Source: a virus (lineage: Duplodnaviria > Caudoviricetes). Taken from it: a stretch of DNA of 42,676 nucleotides. The notes under the pieces were generated by a model. The model had not been told where the DNA came from. It did not search any database and saw only the letters and a list, made by a program, of their open reading frames with translations. Position 1 is the first letter of the stretch; every line of letters starts with the position of its first letter. The DNA lies in IMG/VR virus record IMGVR_UViG_3300037604_000092, positions 1-42,676 of that record; one strand, given 5' to 3'. The position numbers were made by a program, and so were the translations under genes. Shown one piece after another: positions 1 through 8,015 of the stretch.

Positions 1-804
1 CTAGCGGCGCGCAGCTTGTTTCGTGATGTAAAGCGCGACCGCCGCCGCGTTAGACACGTTCAAGCTTTCCATTTGCGGGTCGATATCCAGCTTTGCCAAG
101 GTATCGCAGTGCTTTTCGATATTCTGCCGCAAGCCCGCGCCTTCTGCCCCGAAAACAAGACACACCTTGCCACTGCCTTGAACGGCCTCTTGGAGTGTGG
201 TGCTTGCAGCACCGGCCAGTCCGATGCTCCAGTATCCTGCCTGACCTAGTGTCTCCAGCGCGCGGGCCAGATTGACAACCCGGACCCAAGGAACGCATTC
301 CAACGCCCCTGAGGCGGCGCGTGCCAGCGTGCCCGTTTCTTGCGGGGCATGCTTGTCTTGCATGATGATGGCAGCCGCGCCAAACGCCGCCGATGACCGG
401 AAGATCGCACCAACATTATGTGGGTCGGTAACTTGATCTAAAACTACGATCGGGCCATCCCTCGCAGCAGCCAGGAGCGTTTCTAGCGCCGGCTGCTCTA
501 ATGGCGCAACATGCGCGCAGATGTCCTGATGCACCGCACCTGGCGGCACCAGGCCCCCAATCTCGTCCGCGTTTGACACTTTGAAAGTGCACTGAGCCCG
601 GCGCTCCTGAATGAAGGCTTCATAGCGCGCGGCTGCATAGACGCAGTGGATGGTGCGCTTGGGGTTACGCAAAGCAGCCTCGACGGCGTGGCGTCCGAAA
701 AGAATCAGTTGATTGCCTTTCGCGGCGTTCTGCCTGCCATGCGGAGGGGTGCGCCTGCGCTTTTGTTTATGCTCGCTCGGCCGCTTCGTGTGTTTTTGCC
801 GCAT
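1..804 (-). CDS. rlmB: 23S rRNA 2'-O-ribose methyltransferase RlmB (SPOUT/TrmH family), host gene
   Basis: SPOUT motifs LDQVTDPHNVGAIFRS, FGAEGAGLR, ESLNVSNAAA; N-terminal LFGRHAVEAAL substrate-binding domain. Confidence 0.92.
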   Translation of the reverse strand: MRQKHTKRPSEHKQKRRRTPPHGRQNAAKGNQLILFGRHAVEAALRNPKRTIHCVYAAARYEAFIQERRAQCTFKVSNADEIGGLVPPGAVHQDICAHVAPLEQPALETLLAAARDGPIVVLDQVTDPHNVGAIFRSSAAFGAAAIIMQDKHAPQETGTLARAASGALECVPWVRVVNLARALETLGQAGYWSIGLAGAASTTLQEAVQGSGKVCLVFGAEGAGLRQNIEKHCDTLAKLDIDPQMESLNVSNAAAVALYITKQAARR

Positions 805-930
805 ATATGCACTTCCTTAAACGAACTGTCGGCTTGGTGAGACTTAGGCGTTGACGCCCTGCGCCATCTTTCATACACAGCAGCGCTTACCGCGTGAATC
901 TAATTTTCCGTGGGCAATGCGATGGCGACT

Positions 931-1016
931 GGTGAGGTGGCCGAGTGGTTAAAGGCAGCAGACTGTAAATCTGCCGACGTATGTCTACATAGGTTCGAAT
1001 CCTATCCTCACCACCA
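931..1016 (+). tRNA. tRNA-Tyr (GTA), host; likely prophage integration target
   Basis: Acceptor GGTGAGG/CCTCACC, anticodon arm GCAGA-CTGTAAA-TCTGC, long variable arm, GGTTCGAATCC, encoded CCA at 1014-1016. Confidence 0.97.
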
Positions 1017-1054
1017 TCGCCGCCGATAAGTCGTTAAAAATGCGGCACTAATTA

Positions 1055-1336
1055 TCAGCCAGGCTTTTTGGACCCCGTTTTGTTCCCCCTCTTAGAATCA
1101 CTCTTCAGGCGGTAAGCGTTTATTTGGTCTTCAATCCACTCCTGGACCTCGCTTTCAATCCATCTTTTCGAGTGATCTCCGATGCCGATCGGTTTGGGAA
1201 AATTTCTCTCCCGTATGAACTTGTAAAGGGTCGGTCGCGCAAAGCCGATCAGCTCGCAGACATCGCGCGAGCGCAGCAAGCGATCAGGGTTGTTGTAGCG
1301 CTCCCGCACGGTGCGCATGCGCGGCGCTGCGGTCAC
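1055..1336 (-). CDS. AlpA-family HTH regulator / recombination directionality factor (excisionase)
   Basis: RLLRSRDVCELIGFARPTLYKFIRERNFPKPI...KRWIESEVQEWI is typical of AlpA; adjacent to the att region. Confidence 0.9.
   Translation of the reverse strand: MTAAPRMRTVRERYNNPDRLLRSRDVCELIGFARPTLYKFIRERNFPKPIGIGDHSKRWIESEVQEWIEDQINAYRLKSDSKRGNKTGSKKPG
1070..1089 (-). other. Putative P4-type integrase arm-binding sites
   Basis: Minus strand reads GGGGGAAC-AAAA-CGGGGTCC, an imperfect direct repeat with 12-bp period about 55 bp from the tRNA 3' end; resembles arm sites of P4-like islands (inference). Confidence 0.45.
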
Positions 1337-1809
1337 GCCTTCTCTCCCTTCGTGGTCGCTAGATGGTCTGAGATTGTAGGTCGCTCCTGCTGATAGCAGA
1401 GGGGTGCGTCACCGGTTATTTGACCATAAGCATCCGTCGGAACTCCATGCTTGAGCATCCAATCAATGCGCGCGGCAGCCCCATAGTGCGTGTTGTCTGT
1501 TTCATCCCAATTACCCGTAAAACACCAGTCAAATTCCTTAGTGTTCAAGGCAAAAACTCTGTGTTGATAGGTCGTCCAGCTCTCATCATGGCGTATGGGG
1601 ATGCCTGCAGCTGGGCCATGGCCTGCAGCGCAAGCGGTGGTGCCGCAAGGGTTTAAATAGGTGGCGGCGAGCCCCATTTCATCTGCTGTGAGCTCATTCC
1701 ATACCCTAGTACCATATCGCGCATAATAACTGACCATATCAAAGTGCTCATAATCTTCAGGCAATGACCATAAGTAATCGCGCAGCTTTTCTAGGTTTTT
1801 GCGGTTCAT
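1333..1809 (-). CDS. Hypothetical phage protein (CGTTACAAGH motif)
   Basis: 158-aa ORF with 4-bp overlaps to neighbours in the early-left operon. Confidence 0.8.
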   Translation of the reverse strand: MNRKNLEKLRDYLWSLPEDYEHFDMVSYYARYGTRVWNELTADEMGLAATYLNPCGTTACAAGHGPAAGIPIRHDESWTTYQHRVFALNTKEFDWCFTGNWDETDNTHYGAAARIDWMLKHGVPTDAYGQITGDAPLCYQQERPTISDHLATTKGEKA

Positions 1810-2105
1810 GGGGTTTGCTCCTTCGTTACTGGCGCAAGGTGCAGACTGACGTCCAGGCCTATTTCTGATTTTATGACGTCGTGTAGCCTGTCGATATCGA
1901 CCACAGTTTGTGGCGGTTCAAGCGGGCCTTCGGGCAGCATGATTTTTGCCTGCAGCACTGGCGTATCAAAGACGGATTTCGGCACCTCAAGTATAAGGCG
2001 CATGGCGCGTTCGTGGCGGCCAAGGACCGGCTCCTTGACAGTCAGGCGCGCCTGGCCGCGCGGGTTTAGCGCGAGCCAATATTTGTATGAGACGGTTTCC
2101 TTCAT
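1806..2105 (-). CDS. Hypothetical phage protein
   Basis: ATGA-coupled to both neighbours. Confidence 0.75.
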   Translation of the reverse strand: MKETVSYKYWLALNPRGQARLTVKEPVLGRHERAMRLILEVPKSVFDTPVLQAKIMLPEGPLEPPQTVVDIDRLHDVIKSEIGLDVSLHLAPVTKEQTP

Positions 2106-2338
2106 GTTTGCCTCTCTAGACTTTCCATCTCCTCGCTGGGTAGCGGGCCGACAAACATCGCCGCGCGCTGCTTGCCTGGCGTCTTGGCGTCGCCCGCCAT
2201 TTCCTTCAGCCTGGTGTGGAGGCGAAATGCGGCGGCATCATCCATGGCGTAGATGAAGCCGAGCGCTTGCTGCTCAATCGGCCGGCGATGCGCGCGGCGT
2301 GGGTCGTAGCGTTTCATAAACCTACCCGGCCTTCGCAT
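2102..2338 (-). CDS. Hypothetical phage protein
   Basis: Overlaps neighbours in the operon; start uncertain. Confidence 0.6.
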   Translation of the reverse strand: MRRPGRFMKRYDPRRAHRRPIEQQALGFIYAMDDAAAFRLHTRLKEMAGDAKTPGKQRAAMFVGPLPSEEMESLERQT

Positions 2339-2531
2339 TGAACATCGCGCCGCAGCTGGGGCAGGCGTTGTGGTGTTGCTCTTTGAGGTAAATGTTTGCC
2401 CAGCCCATACGCACGGCGGTCTCGCCCGCCTGGCTGCTGCTGTTTGCCGGGATGCTGACGCGCTGCTGATGTCCGCTGGGGCAAAAATCGCAGGTCACGT
2501 CATAGCCGTCGATGTTGTTGTAACGGATCAT
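2322..2531 (-). CDS. Small zinc-ribbon protein
   Basis: CDFC...CPSC cysteine pairs; ATGA coupling. Confidence 0.7.
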   Translation of the reverse strand: MIRYNNIDGYDVTCDFCPSGHQQRVSIPANSSSQAGETAVRMGWANIYLKEQHHNACPSCGAMFNAKAG

Positions 2532-2929
2532 GCGCCGCGACCATTGTCAGGCAGGTCATTCAAAATGTCCTCAAGCGCATAGTCAGGAAAGATGAGCAGG
2601 CCCTCCTGACGAAAGTCTGTAAACAGCTCTCGCGCTTCATTTTGGTCGCACACAGTAAAAACTTTTCCAGCAAATTTGGACTCAAGCTGTGTGTGGGGCG
2701 CATTGTCCGCGTACTTGTCCCAGGCAGCCTGCACGGCCTCAAACTTGCCGGCTGGCATTTTTTCGCCTTTCGCGGCTGTTTGAAGCAAAAACTCATAGGG
2801 ATTTTCAAGGCCCGCTGGTGGTGGCTCCGGGCGCGAGCTCGCAACATGAACGACAACGGCGCCGCCACGATCCAAGTAGGCGTATAGATCGCACATCCCG
2901 CGCATACATGACCAACGGCAATAACTCAT
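2528..2929 (-). CDS. Hypothetical phage protein (MSYCRWS N-terminus)
   Basis: ATGA-coupled ORF. Confidence 0.75.
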   Translation of the reverse strand: MSYCRWSCMRGMCDLYAYLDRGGAVVVHVASSRPEPPPAGLENPYEFLLQTAAKGEKMPAGKFEAVQAAWDKYADNAPHTQLESKFAGKVFTVCDQNEARELFTDFRQEGLLIFPDYALEDILNDLPDNGRGA

Positions 2930-3753
2930 GCCGCGGCCTTGCGCACGGCTGCGTCGATCGCGCGTTTAAAGACGGCTTCGCCAGCTTTGTATCGCGGAAG
3001 ACCCAGGTCGCCAGCGTCTCTGCGGATCTGTTCATACCATTCATCATCAGCCTTGCTGGCGAGGACGTCTAAAAATACGTCTGGATCGATGCTGCAGGTG
3101 CCGTCCTTGATGTCGCTAAAGATGGGAAACAATGAGCGCAGCAGCGTGGCGGCGAAATGGTGCTGCTGATCGGGATAGGCCTCGGCAAAGGTGGAGAGCG
3201 TCATCCTTAGCACCTGTTCGCCATAGGTGGCATAGCCGCGGGTAAGGGCCGCGACGCACACCAGCGTCATGTCTGGTGCGTTGGAGATATTGGTGTGGTT
3301 GCCAATGCGAAAGCCGCAATCCATCACGATTGCTTTGATGTCAACGGCCGCTGGATTGCCTGCCGCGACAAGCGCATGAAAGCCTGCAAGAGCGCTTACC
3401 GGTTTGCGCTCTTTGTTGATTTTCAAGAACGTCTGTGCTTCCTGCTCGATAGAATTGGTGTCGATGACGACACAAGGCAGGTGCGGGATGTCTGTCCGCC
3501 TTTTTGCGGCAGCGAGCCTATGCTGCCCGTCAATGACCATGAGCGCACTATCTGGGCGCCGCGCTACCACCAGCACCTGCGCCAGGGTCCAGTCCCACGC
3601 CGTCGCAATGCGCTTGATCAGCGCGCTGCTGGTGTGATCCGTAACCGAACGCTGGTAGCGATCGTCCACTTGGAGCCCATCGACAGGGATCCATTGCAGC
3701 ACGGGCGGCGTGCCTTTTGCTGGCTCTATTTGGAGTGGCTTTTTACCTGGCAT
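2926..3753 (-). CDS. ParB/Srx-like N-terminal domain protein (DUF6551-like)
   Basis: LQVDDRYQR and VIDGQHRLAAA motifs; first gene after the leftward operators. Confidence 0.8.
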   Translation of the reverse strand: MPGKKPLQIEPAKGTPPVLQWIPVDGLQVDDRYQRSVTDHTSSALIKRIATAWDWTLAQVLVVARRPDSALMVIDGQHRLAAAKRRTDIPHLPCVVIDTNSIEQEAQTFLKINKERKPVSALAGFHALVAAGNPAAVDIKAIVMDCGFRIGNHTNISNAPDMTLVCVAALTRGYATYGEQVLRMTLSTFAEAYPDQQHHFAATLLRSLFPIFSDIKDGTCSIDPDVFLDVLASKADDEWYEQIRRDAGDLGLPRYKAGEAVFKRAIDAAVRKAAA

Positions 3754-3773
3754 GGTGCGTTTCTCAATTTGTG

Positions 3774-3814
3774 TTATGAGAAACGTAATTACGTTAAACG
3801 TAACTTTTGGTCAA
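3774..3814 (-). promoter_or_regulatory. Leftward early promoter with two tandem repressor operators (OL)
   Basis: TTATGAGAAACGTAA (3774-3788) and TTACGTTAAACGTAA (3789-3803) match TTACG-N5-CGTAA, also seen between cI and cro; TTGACC -35 on the minus strand at 3814-3809. Confidence 0.75.
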
Positions 3815-3871
3815 GAGAAAATGCATCCTCAACCACATCCTTAACTCAAACATCTTTGTCCTTCCTCATGC

Positions 3872-4044
3872 GCTTTTTACGTCTGGGATGGCGAGGGCTA
3901 TGTCATAAAGGAGATCGAATGGGTGCCGGACAAAAAGGATTTTATAGTACCTTCTCGCAGAACGCGGACTATCCTGAGTACGAGTTAGAAGAGGGATCTA
4001 TTAGTATCATGTGGCGTCCAGTTTGGTTTGCTAGGAGCATATAA
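3872..4044 (+). pseudogene. Frameshifted C-terminal remnant of an S24-peptidase phage repressor
   Basis: One frame reads AFYVWDGEGYVIKEIEWVPDKKDFI; after a shift near 3945-3952 the next reads SQNADYPEYELEEGSISIMWRPVWFARSI*; together they match the S24 C-terminus pattern (VKR...SDNPxY...IIGRVVW). Confidence 0.7.
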
Positions 4045-4045
4045 A

Positions 4046-4747
4046 ATGGGGTGGTTTTTCTTTGGTGGTCTGTTTTTAGCGGTTTTGATCGTTGTATTTT
4101 TTGCTGTTTTAGGGGGCGATGACGACGAGCCCAAGAAGGTAAGGTATCCGGGGGCCGAGTTTGATTGGTCAAAACTAATTCAAGACAAAAACTGGGTGGT
4201 ACTTGACACCGAAACGACCGGACTGGGCAGAAAAGCTGAGGTGATAGAGATAGCCATACTCTCTAGCGACGGTACCGTGCTTTTAAACGAAAGAGTAAAG
4301 CCCATCGGACCTATCTCTCGCGAGGCTACCGAGGTTCATGGGATTAGCAAAAGAATGCTCAAGGATGCGCCTAGCTGGGGAGATATTTTCCCAGAGGTTC
4401 AGAAGGCGCTTAGCGGAAAGTTGATCGTTATCTATAACGCATCGTTTGATATTACAGTCATGCAGCAGACAATGAAGCTCCACCGGTCACCATCTTTGGA
4501 TCTAAGTGTCGTTTGCGCAATGCTTGGCTTTGCGCAGGCATACAAACAACCTAGTCCTAAGTACCCTGGTGAATATAGGTGGATTGCTCTCGGTCGCGCA
4601 TGTGAGCGTGAGCAAATTCCGCTCGAAAACGCACATAGCGCAAAGGGCGACGCTGAAGCAACAAGGCAAATTGCTCTTCGACTGGCTGAAGGCATATGGT
4701 CCGGTTACAGGAAGCGTTCAAAGAAGCCAAAGACAAATAGTGTGTAA
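4046..4747 (+). CDS. DEDDh 3'-5' exonuclease (DnaQ-like) with an N-terminal transmembrane helix
   Basis: ExoI LDTETTG, ExoII YNASFD, ExoIII HSAKGD; hydrophobic N-terminus; AGGAG RBS before ATG 4046. Confidence 0.88.
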   Translation: MGWFFFGGLFLAVLIVVFFAVLGGDDDEPKKVRYPGAEFDWSKLIQDKNWVVLDTETTGLGRKAEVIEIAILSSDGTVLLNERVKPIGPISREATEVHGISKRMLKDAPSWGDIFPEVQKALSGKLIVIYNASFDITVMQQTMKLHRSPSLDLSVVCAMLGFAQAYKQPSPKYPGEYRWIALGRACEREQIPLENAHSAKGDAEATRQIALRLAEGIWSGYRKRSKKPKTNSV

Positions 4748-4782
4748 GCTTCTTCTGTGATATCGACTTGCGCTTGATCCTA

Positions 4783-4920
4783 TTAACTACGCTGGGTTGT
4801 AGCATACTGAGTAGGCTTGATTTCTTCAGTTGATTGAGTAGAGCCATGACGTTTGAGGGTCACTGGGCAGCCAAATAAAAATACCACCGCCCCTGCGATG
4901 AAAAAGAGGCGTTTGTTCAT
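4783..4920 (-). CDS. Small predicted lipoprotein (45 aa), not in the ORF track
   Basis: MNKRLFFIAGAVVFLFG-C lipobox; TAATG coupling to the upstream gene. Confidence 0.55.
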   Translation of the reverse strand: MNKRLFFIAGAVVFLFGCPVTLKRHGSTQSTEEIKPTQYATTQRS

Positions 4921-5573
4921 TATTGGCGCTGTTTAAGTTGCAGGAGGGCGCCGTCAGTGGAAAAGTCGGCGACGGCAAGCGCCTGGATTTTAGCGCCGAA
5001 GGCGTTAGCGGCGCGATAGCGCATGTGAACTGATAAGCGTTGACCATTTAAGAAATAGCGCGTTTCGATGTGCTCAAAGCTATCATCGTCGTTGAGGCCA
5101 TCCTTAATAATATCCTTAAGCTGGCGATGGCTGCCGTCCCATGGCGAGAACTGTGCTTCTGCCTTTTCCTTGTCAGTTAGGATGCTGTATCTGGCAACTT
5201 TCGCCAAGTACCGTTCGTTATCCGGTCTCAGCTCAAGCAGGCGCTGGTAACGAGACAGATTTTCGATGCGTTCGCTGGCAGGGATCGTTTTCAGCTCCGT
5301 TTCCAGATGCGCAATCTCCAGCGGGTGTATGTTTACCTCAATGAACTTTGCTAGCGGTTCGCTACGCTTTGCCAGGCTGTCCATTTCGCGCGCCCTTGCA
5401 ATGGCGCGCGCAGCTTTGCCGTCGGCCAAAAGCTCTTGAAGTTCAGGAATTTCGCGCGATTCAACCAGGCTTTCACTGAGTATCGTGCTAATAAAGACAA
5501 GCGCCATAATGGCTGCAAATGCGACAAGGCACCATTTTATCACTTGAAATGACTGCTTGTATGTCATCGCCAT
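4920..5573 (-). CDS. Membrane-anchored hypothetical protein downstream of cI
   Basis: N-terminal TM (WCLVAFAAIMALVFISTIL); C-terminal QFSPWDGSH...SFEHIETRY...YRAANAFGA domain; start reassigned to just after the cI stop. Confidence 0.8.
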   Translation of the reverse strand: MAMTYKQSFQVIKWCLVAFAAIMALVFISTILSESLVESREIPELQELLADGKAARAIARAREMDSLAKRSEPLAKFIEVNIHPLEIAHLETELKTIPASERIENLSRYQRLLELRPDNERYLAKVARYSILTDKEKAEAQFSPWDGSHRQLKDIIKDGLNDDDSFEHIETRYFLNGQRLSVHMRYRAANAFGAKIQALAVADFSTDGALLQLKQRQ

Positions 5574-5577
5574 AGGC

Positions 5578-6303
5578 TTACCCAGCCAAATCCTCATAGG
5601 TAAGAACGCGGTGTATGCTTGCCACGAGCGACGCATCAATATCAAAGATGCGTGCTGGGTTGTATTGTTCAAGGGTGATGGCCTGTTTAGTTTTTTTGAC
5701 CAAGCGCTTGATCAGCGCATTGACGGCTTGGCCGTCGCTGTCGACCAGCTGCACGACAACGTCATCCTTTGGCCGCGCTGGCCTTGCGGCGTCAATATAA
5801 ATGCGGTCGCCATCAAAGAACCGCGGCTCCATAGACTCGCCAACAACGTAAAGGGCATAGGCGTTCGCTTTGTTTAGTAAAGCGGATGGTCGGGTGCAGT
5901 ACTCAATGGGGCCTTCATTGGTGTTGATTGTGATGTAGCTGCCGTCATCTGCGGCCGCCGTCCCGTACACGGGCAAGTCTTGCGCGGGGCGTGCAGCGAT
6001 CGCTTTGGCTGAGACGTCCGTCAAGCGGTCTTTGTTTTTGGGTTTGTCGTCGTATCTTAAATTAGGTTTGGGTAGGCTGGCGGTATTTCCTAGACCGAGC
6101 TTGATAACAACATCCTGCAGCGGCATGTCTAAGTGGTTTGCAAGGCCTGGCAACTCGGCCGCCTTCACAGTGCGTTCGCCACGTATAATCTCAGAAACTC
6201 TAGGCGGTGGCAGGCCTAATGCATCAGCGAGGGCGCGCTGAGTGCTTCCCTTCTGCTTCAATGCAGAGTTGATCCATTCGTGTTTCCTTGACATGGGTGC
6301 CAT
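5578..6303 (-). CDS. cI: CI-like repressor (XRE HTH + S24 peptidase)
   Basis: HTH TQRALADALGLPPPRVSEIIRGER; catalytic GESMEP and LIKRL; divergent from a cro-like gene. Confidence 0.92.
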   Translation of the reverse strand: MAPMSRKHEWINSALKQKGSTQRALADALGLPPPRVSEIIRGERTVKAAELPGLANHLDMPLQDVVIKLGLGNTASLPKPNLRYDDKPKNKDRLTDVSAKAIAARPAQDLPVYGTAAADDGSYITINTNEGPIEYCTRPSALLNKANAYALYVVGESMEPRFFDGDRIYIDAARPARPKDDVVVQLVDSDGQAVNALIKRLVKKTKQAITLEQYNPARIFDIDASLVASIHRVLTYEDLAG

Positions 6304-6330
6304 ATTACGGCGCAGCCGATGAACGACATA

Positions 6331-6405
6331 TTACTAAATACGTAATTATTAACTATAACATAAAACGTAATTTTTGGTTGACTTGAATTACGGTAAACGT
6401 AATTT
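6331..6405. promoter_or_regulatory. cI/cro switch: three operators (OR) and rightward promoter
   Basis: TTACTAAATACGTAA 6331-6345, TAACATAAAACGTAA 6356-6370, TTACGGTAAACGTAA 6388-6402; TTGACT-N16-TAATTT at 6378-6405. Confidence 0.8.
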
Positions 6406-6413
6406 ATGGGGTT

Positions 6414-6656
6414 ATGACAACTCCAGCAGAGACCATTATTGAGAAGTTTGGCGGTGCGCGCGTCGTCGCCGAGATACTCGGCATCACCACCGTTTCAGTA
6501 CATCGCATGAAATATCCCGTTGAGCGTGGCGGTACTGGCGGCCTGATCCCCTCAAAGCACCAACAGATACTGCTCGATGCAGCGTGCGCTCGCGGTGTCG
6601 CTTTGTCTCATGCCGATTTTTTCTTTGAGAAAACTGTAGAGGACCAGGGGCAGTGA
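6414..6656 (+). CDS. cro: Cro-like DNA-binding protein
   Basis: IIEKFGGARVVAEILGITTVSVHRM...GLIPSKHQ; position divergent from cI. Confidence 0.85.
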   Translation: MTTPAETIIEKFGGARVVAEILGITTVSVHRMKYPVERGGTGGLIPSKHQQILLDAACARGVALSHADFFFEKTVEDQGQ

Positions 6657-6658
6657 AG

Positions 6659-6805
6659 ATGCACGACATTACACAAGCGCTTGTGTTTTTTATTTTTACG
6701 CCTGCGGCCATGCTGCTCCTTTGGCATGGATTGAAAGAATTGATCGCACAGGTGCAGGCCTTTGTCGCCACACCGGCCAAAGCTGTAAAAAGAGGCGACG
6801 CATGA
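6659..6805 (+). CDS. Small single-TM hypothetical protein (48 aa)
   Basis: MHDITQALVFFIFTPAAMLLLW...; fills the gap after cro and is ATGA-coupled to the next gene. Confidence 0.55.
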   Translation: MHDITQALVFFIFTPAAMLLLWHGLKELIAQVQAFVATPAKAVKRGDA

Positions 6806-7029
6806 GCGCGGTTCTTCCTATTGGCGCGGGCATTCATGGGGCGATATCGCTGGAGCGGCCCCAATGTGAAAGCTGCGGCAAGCGCTGGCCTTTGATTGTC
6901 TGCGGAGGGCAGGAGGCGGTGCTTTGCGGCTGCTTGCCTGAGGGCCATTGGGCGAGGGGCTATGTGTGCATGGATGGCCGCAACCGGCCAAAGGCACCGA
7001 ACAGTGTGAGGCCGAGCCATGGCCGTTAA
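6802..7029 (+). CDS. Cys-rich hypothetical protein
   Basis: ATG 6802 with AGAGG RBS; CESC and CGC motifs. Confidence 0.5.
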   Translation: MSAVLPIGAGIHGAISLERPQCESCGKRWPLIVCGGQEAVLCGCLPEGHWARGYVCMDGRNRPKAPNSVRPSHGR

Positions 7030-7381
7030 TCTGACCGGTAGTGAGCCTATCATCACCGACCGGACGGTGTTCTGCCAAGTTGAGGGCAGCTTTGACGCGA
7101 TGAAGGCGTGCCTGGCCTCGCTGGGCGATGTGATGTCGCAGCATTACCCGCTGGCGCAGCGCATTTTAAGCCTGCAGGCCGCTGGAGAGGGCTTTTATCA
7201 AAGCGCGCTGCTGGCCTGGTCCACCGATCCGGATGAACTGGTGTTTGGTTTTGTGCCCACCCAGGCGCTGGAGATGGTGTTTACCGAGATCATTGATGGC
7301 CGCTTTGAATATGTACGCCTGAAAGAGACAAGCGAAAACGCCTGGCCGCTGGTGACGCTGGTGGAGGCGTTCCATGACTGA
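7019..7381 (+). CDS. Hypothetical phage protein
   Basis: Overlapping ORF in the early-right operon. Confidence 0.7.
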   Translation: MAVNLTGSEPIITDRTVFCQVEGSFDAMKACLASLGDVMSQHYPLAQRILSLQAAGEGFYQSALLAWSTDPDELVFGFVPTQALEMVFTEIIDGRFEYVRLKETSENAWPLVTLVEAFHD

Positions 7382-7796
7382 GCGCGGCGGGCGGCCCAAA
7401 GCACAAGACTATGTGCCTGAGCATTATTATGAAGCGGCGGCCCTGTCGCGGGCTCATGCGATTGAAGCAGCCAAATACAACGCCGCCTTTGCGCTTAAAG
7501 TCGATGAGATTTGTGCCGCTGGATCATGGCACTGCTTTAGGCCTGACAACCCCTATGGCCATGATTGGCACAGCCTGAAACGCGGCCGGATATTACCGGT
7601 CAAAGCTGTGCGCAACCTCTTTGCGCTGGTCCAGGCCGCGCGCTTTGAAAACCTGCAGCTGAGGCAAAGCGGTGTGCTGGCCTGGCCGCTGGTGATGCCA
7701 CTCGCTGGCGCGCAGCCCCTCCCCAAAGAAGCTACCGGAGAGGACGCTGGACAACGCCATGCGCCTGAAATGAAGAGGGCGGCAGGATGGCAATAG
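7374..7796 (+). CDS. Hypothetical phage protein
   Basis: GGAGG RBS; overlapping ORF. Confidence 0.7.
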   Translation: MTERGGRPKAQDYVPEHYYEAAALSRAHAIEAAKYNAAFALKVDEICAAGSWHCFRPDNPYGHDWHSLKRGRILPVKAVRNLFALVQAARFENLQLRQSGVLAWPLVMPLAGAQPLPKEATGEDAGQRHAPEMKRAAGWQ

Positions 7797-7927
7797 CGCT
7801 GATGGGAACGGCGGCTGCGTTGATCGTGATGGGATCATGGCGCGCGGCGCATGGCCAGGATGCCGCCGCTGGCGTGCTGTGCCTGGGCTGCGCCGCGCTT
7901 TTGGTGCTGATCAATCAGTTTGTTTGA
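7787..7927 (+). CDS. Small two-TM hypothetical protein (46 aa)
   Basis: MAIALMGTAAALIVMGSW...GVLCLGCAALLVLINQFV; overlaps the previous gene. Confidence 0.45.
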   Translation: MAIALMGTAAALIVMGSWRAAHGQDAAAGVLCLGCAALLVLINQFV

Positions 7928-8015
7928 CCGCTGGCGCTTGGGGCAGGTGGCGTTTCCCGATTATGTGCCGCGGGCTTTGCGCGGAGACGGTGATGATTAA
8001 ACGAGGAGACTGGGC

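Noticed and set aside
919-1020. GCGATGG/CCATCGC flanking tRNA-Tyr as an att or mobile-element inverted repeat
   Set aside because: Only 7 bp and overlaps the CCA; more simply precursor-tRNA pairing or chance
3295-4044. 249-aa plus-strand ORF
   Set aside because: Mostly antisense to the ParB-like gene and runs through the operators; only its last ~30 codons belong to the S24 relic
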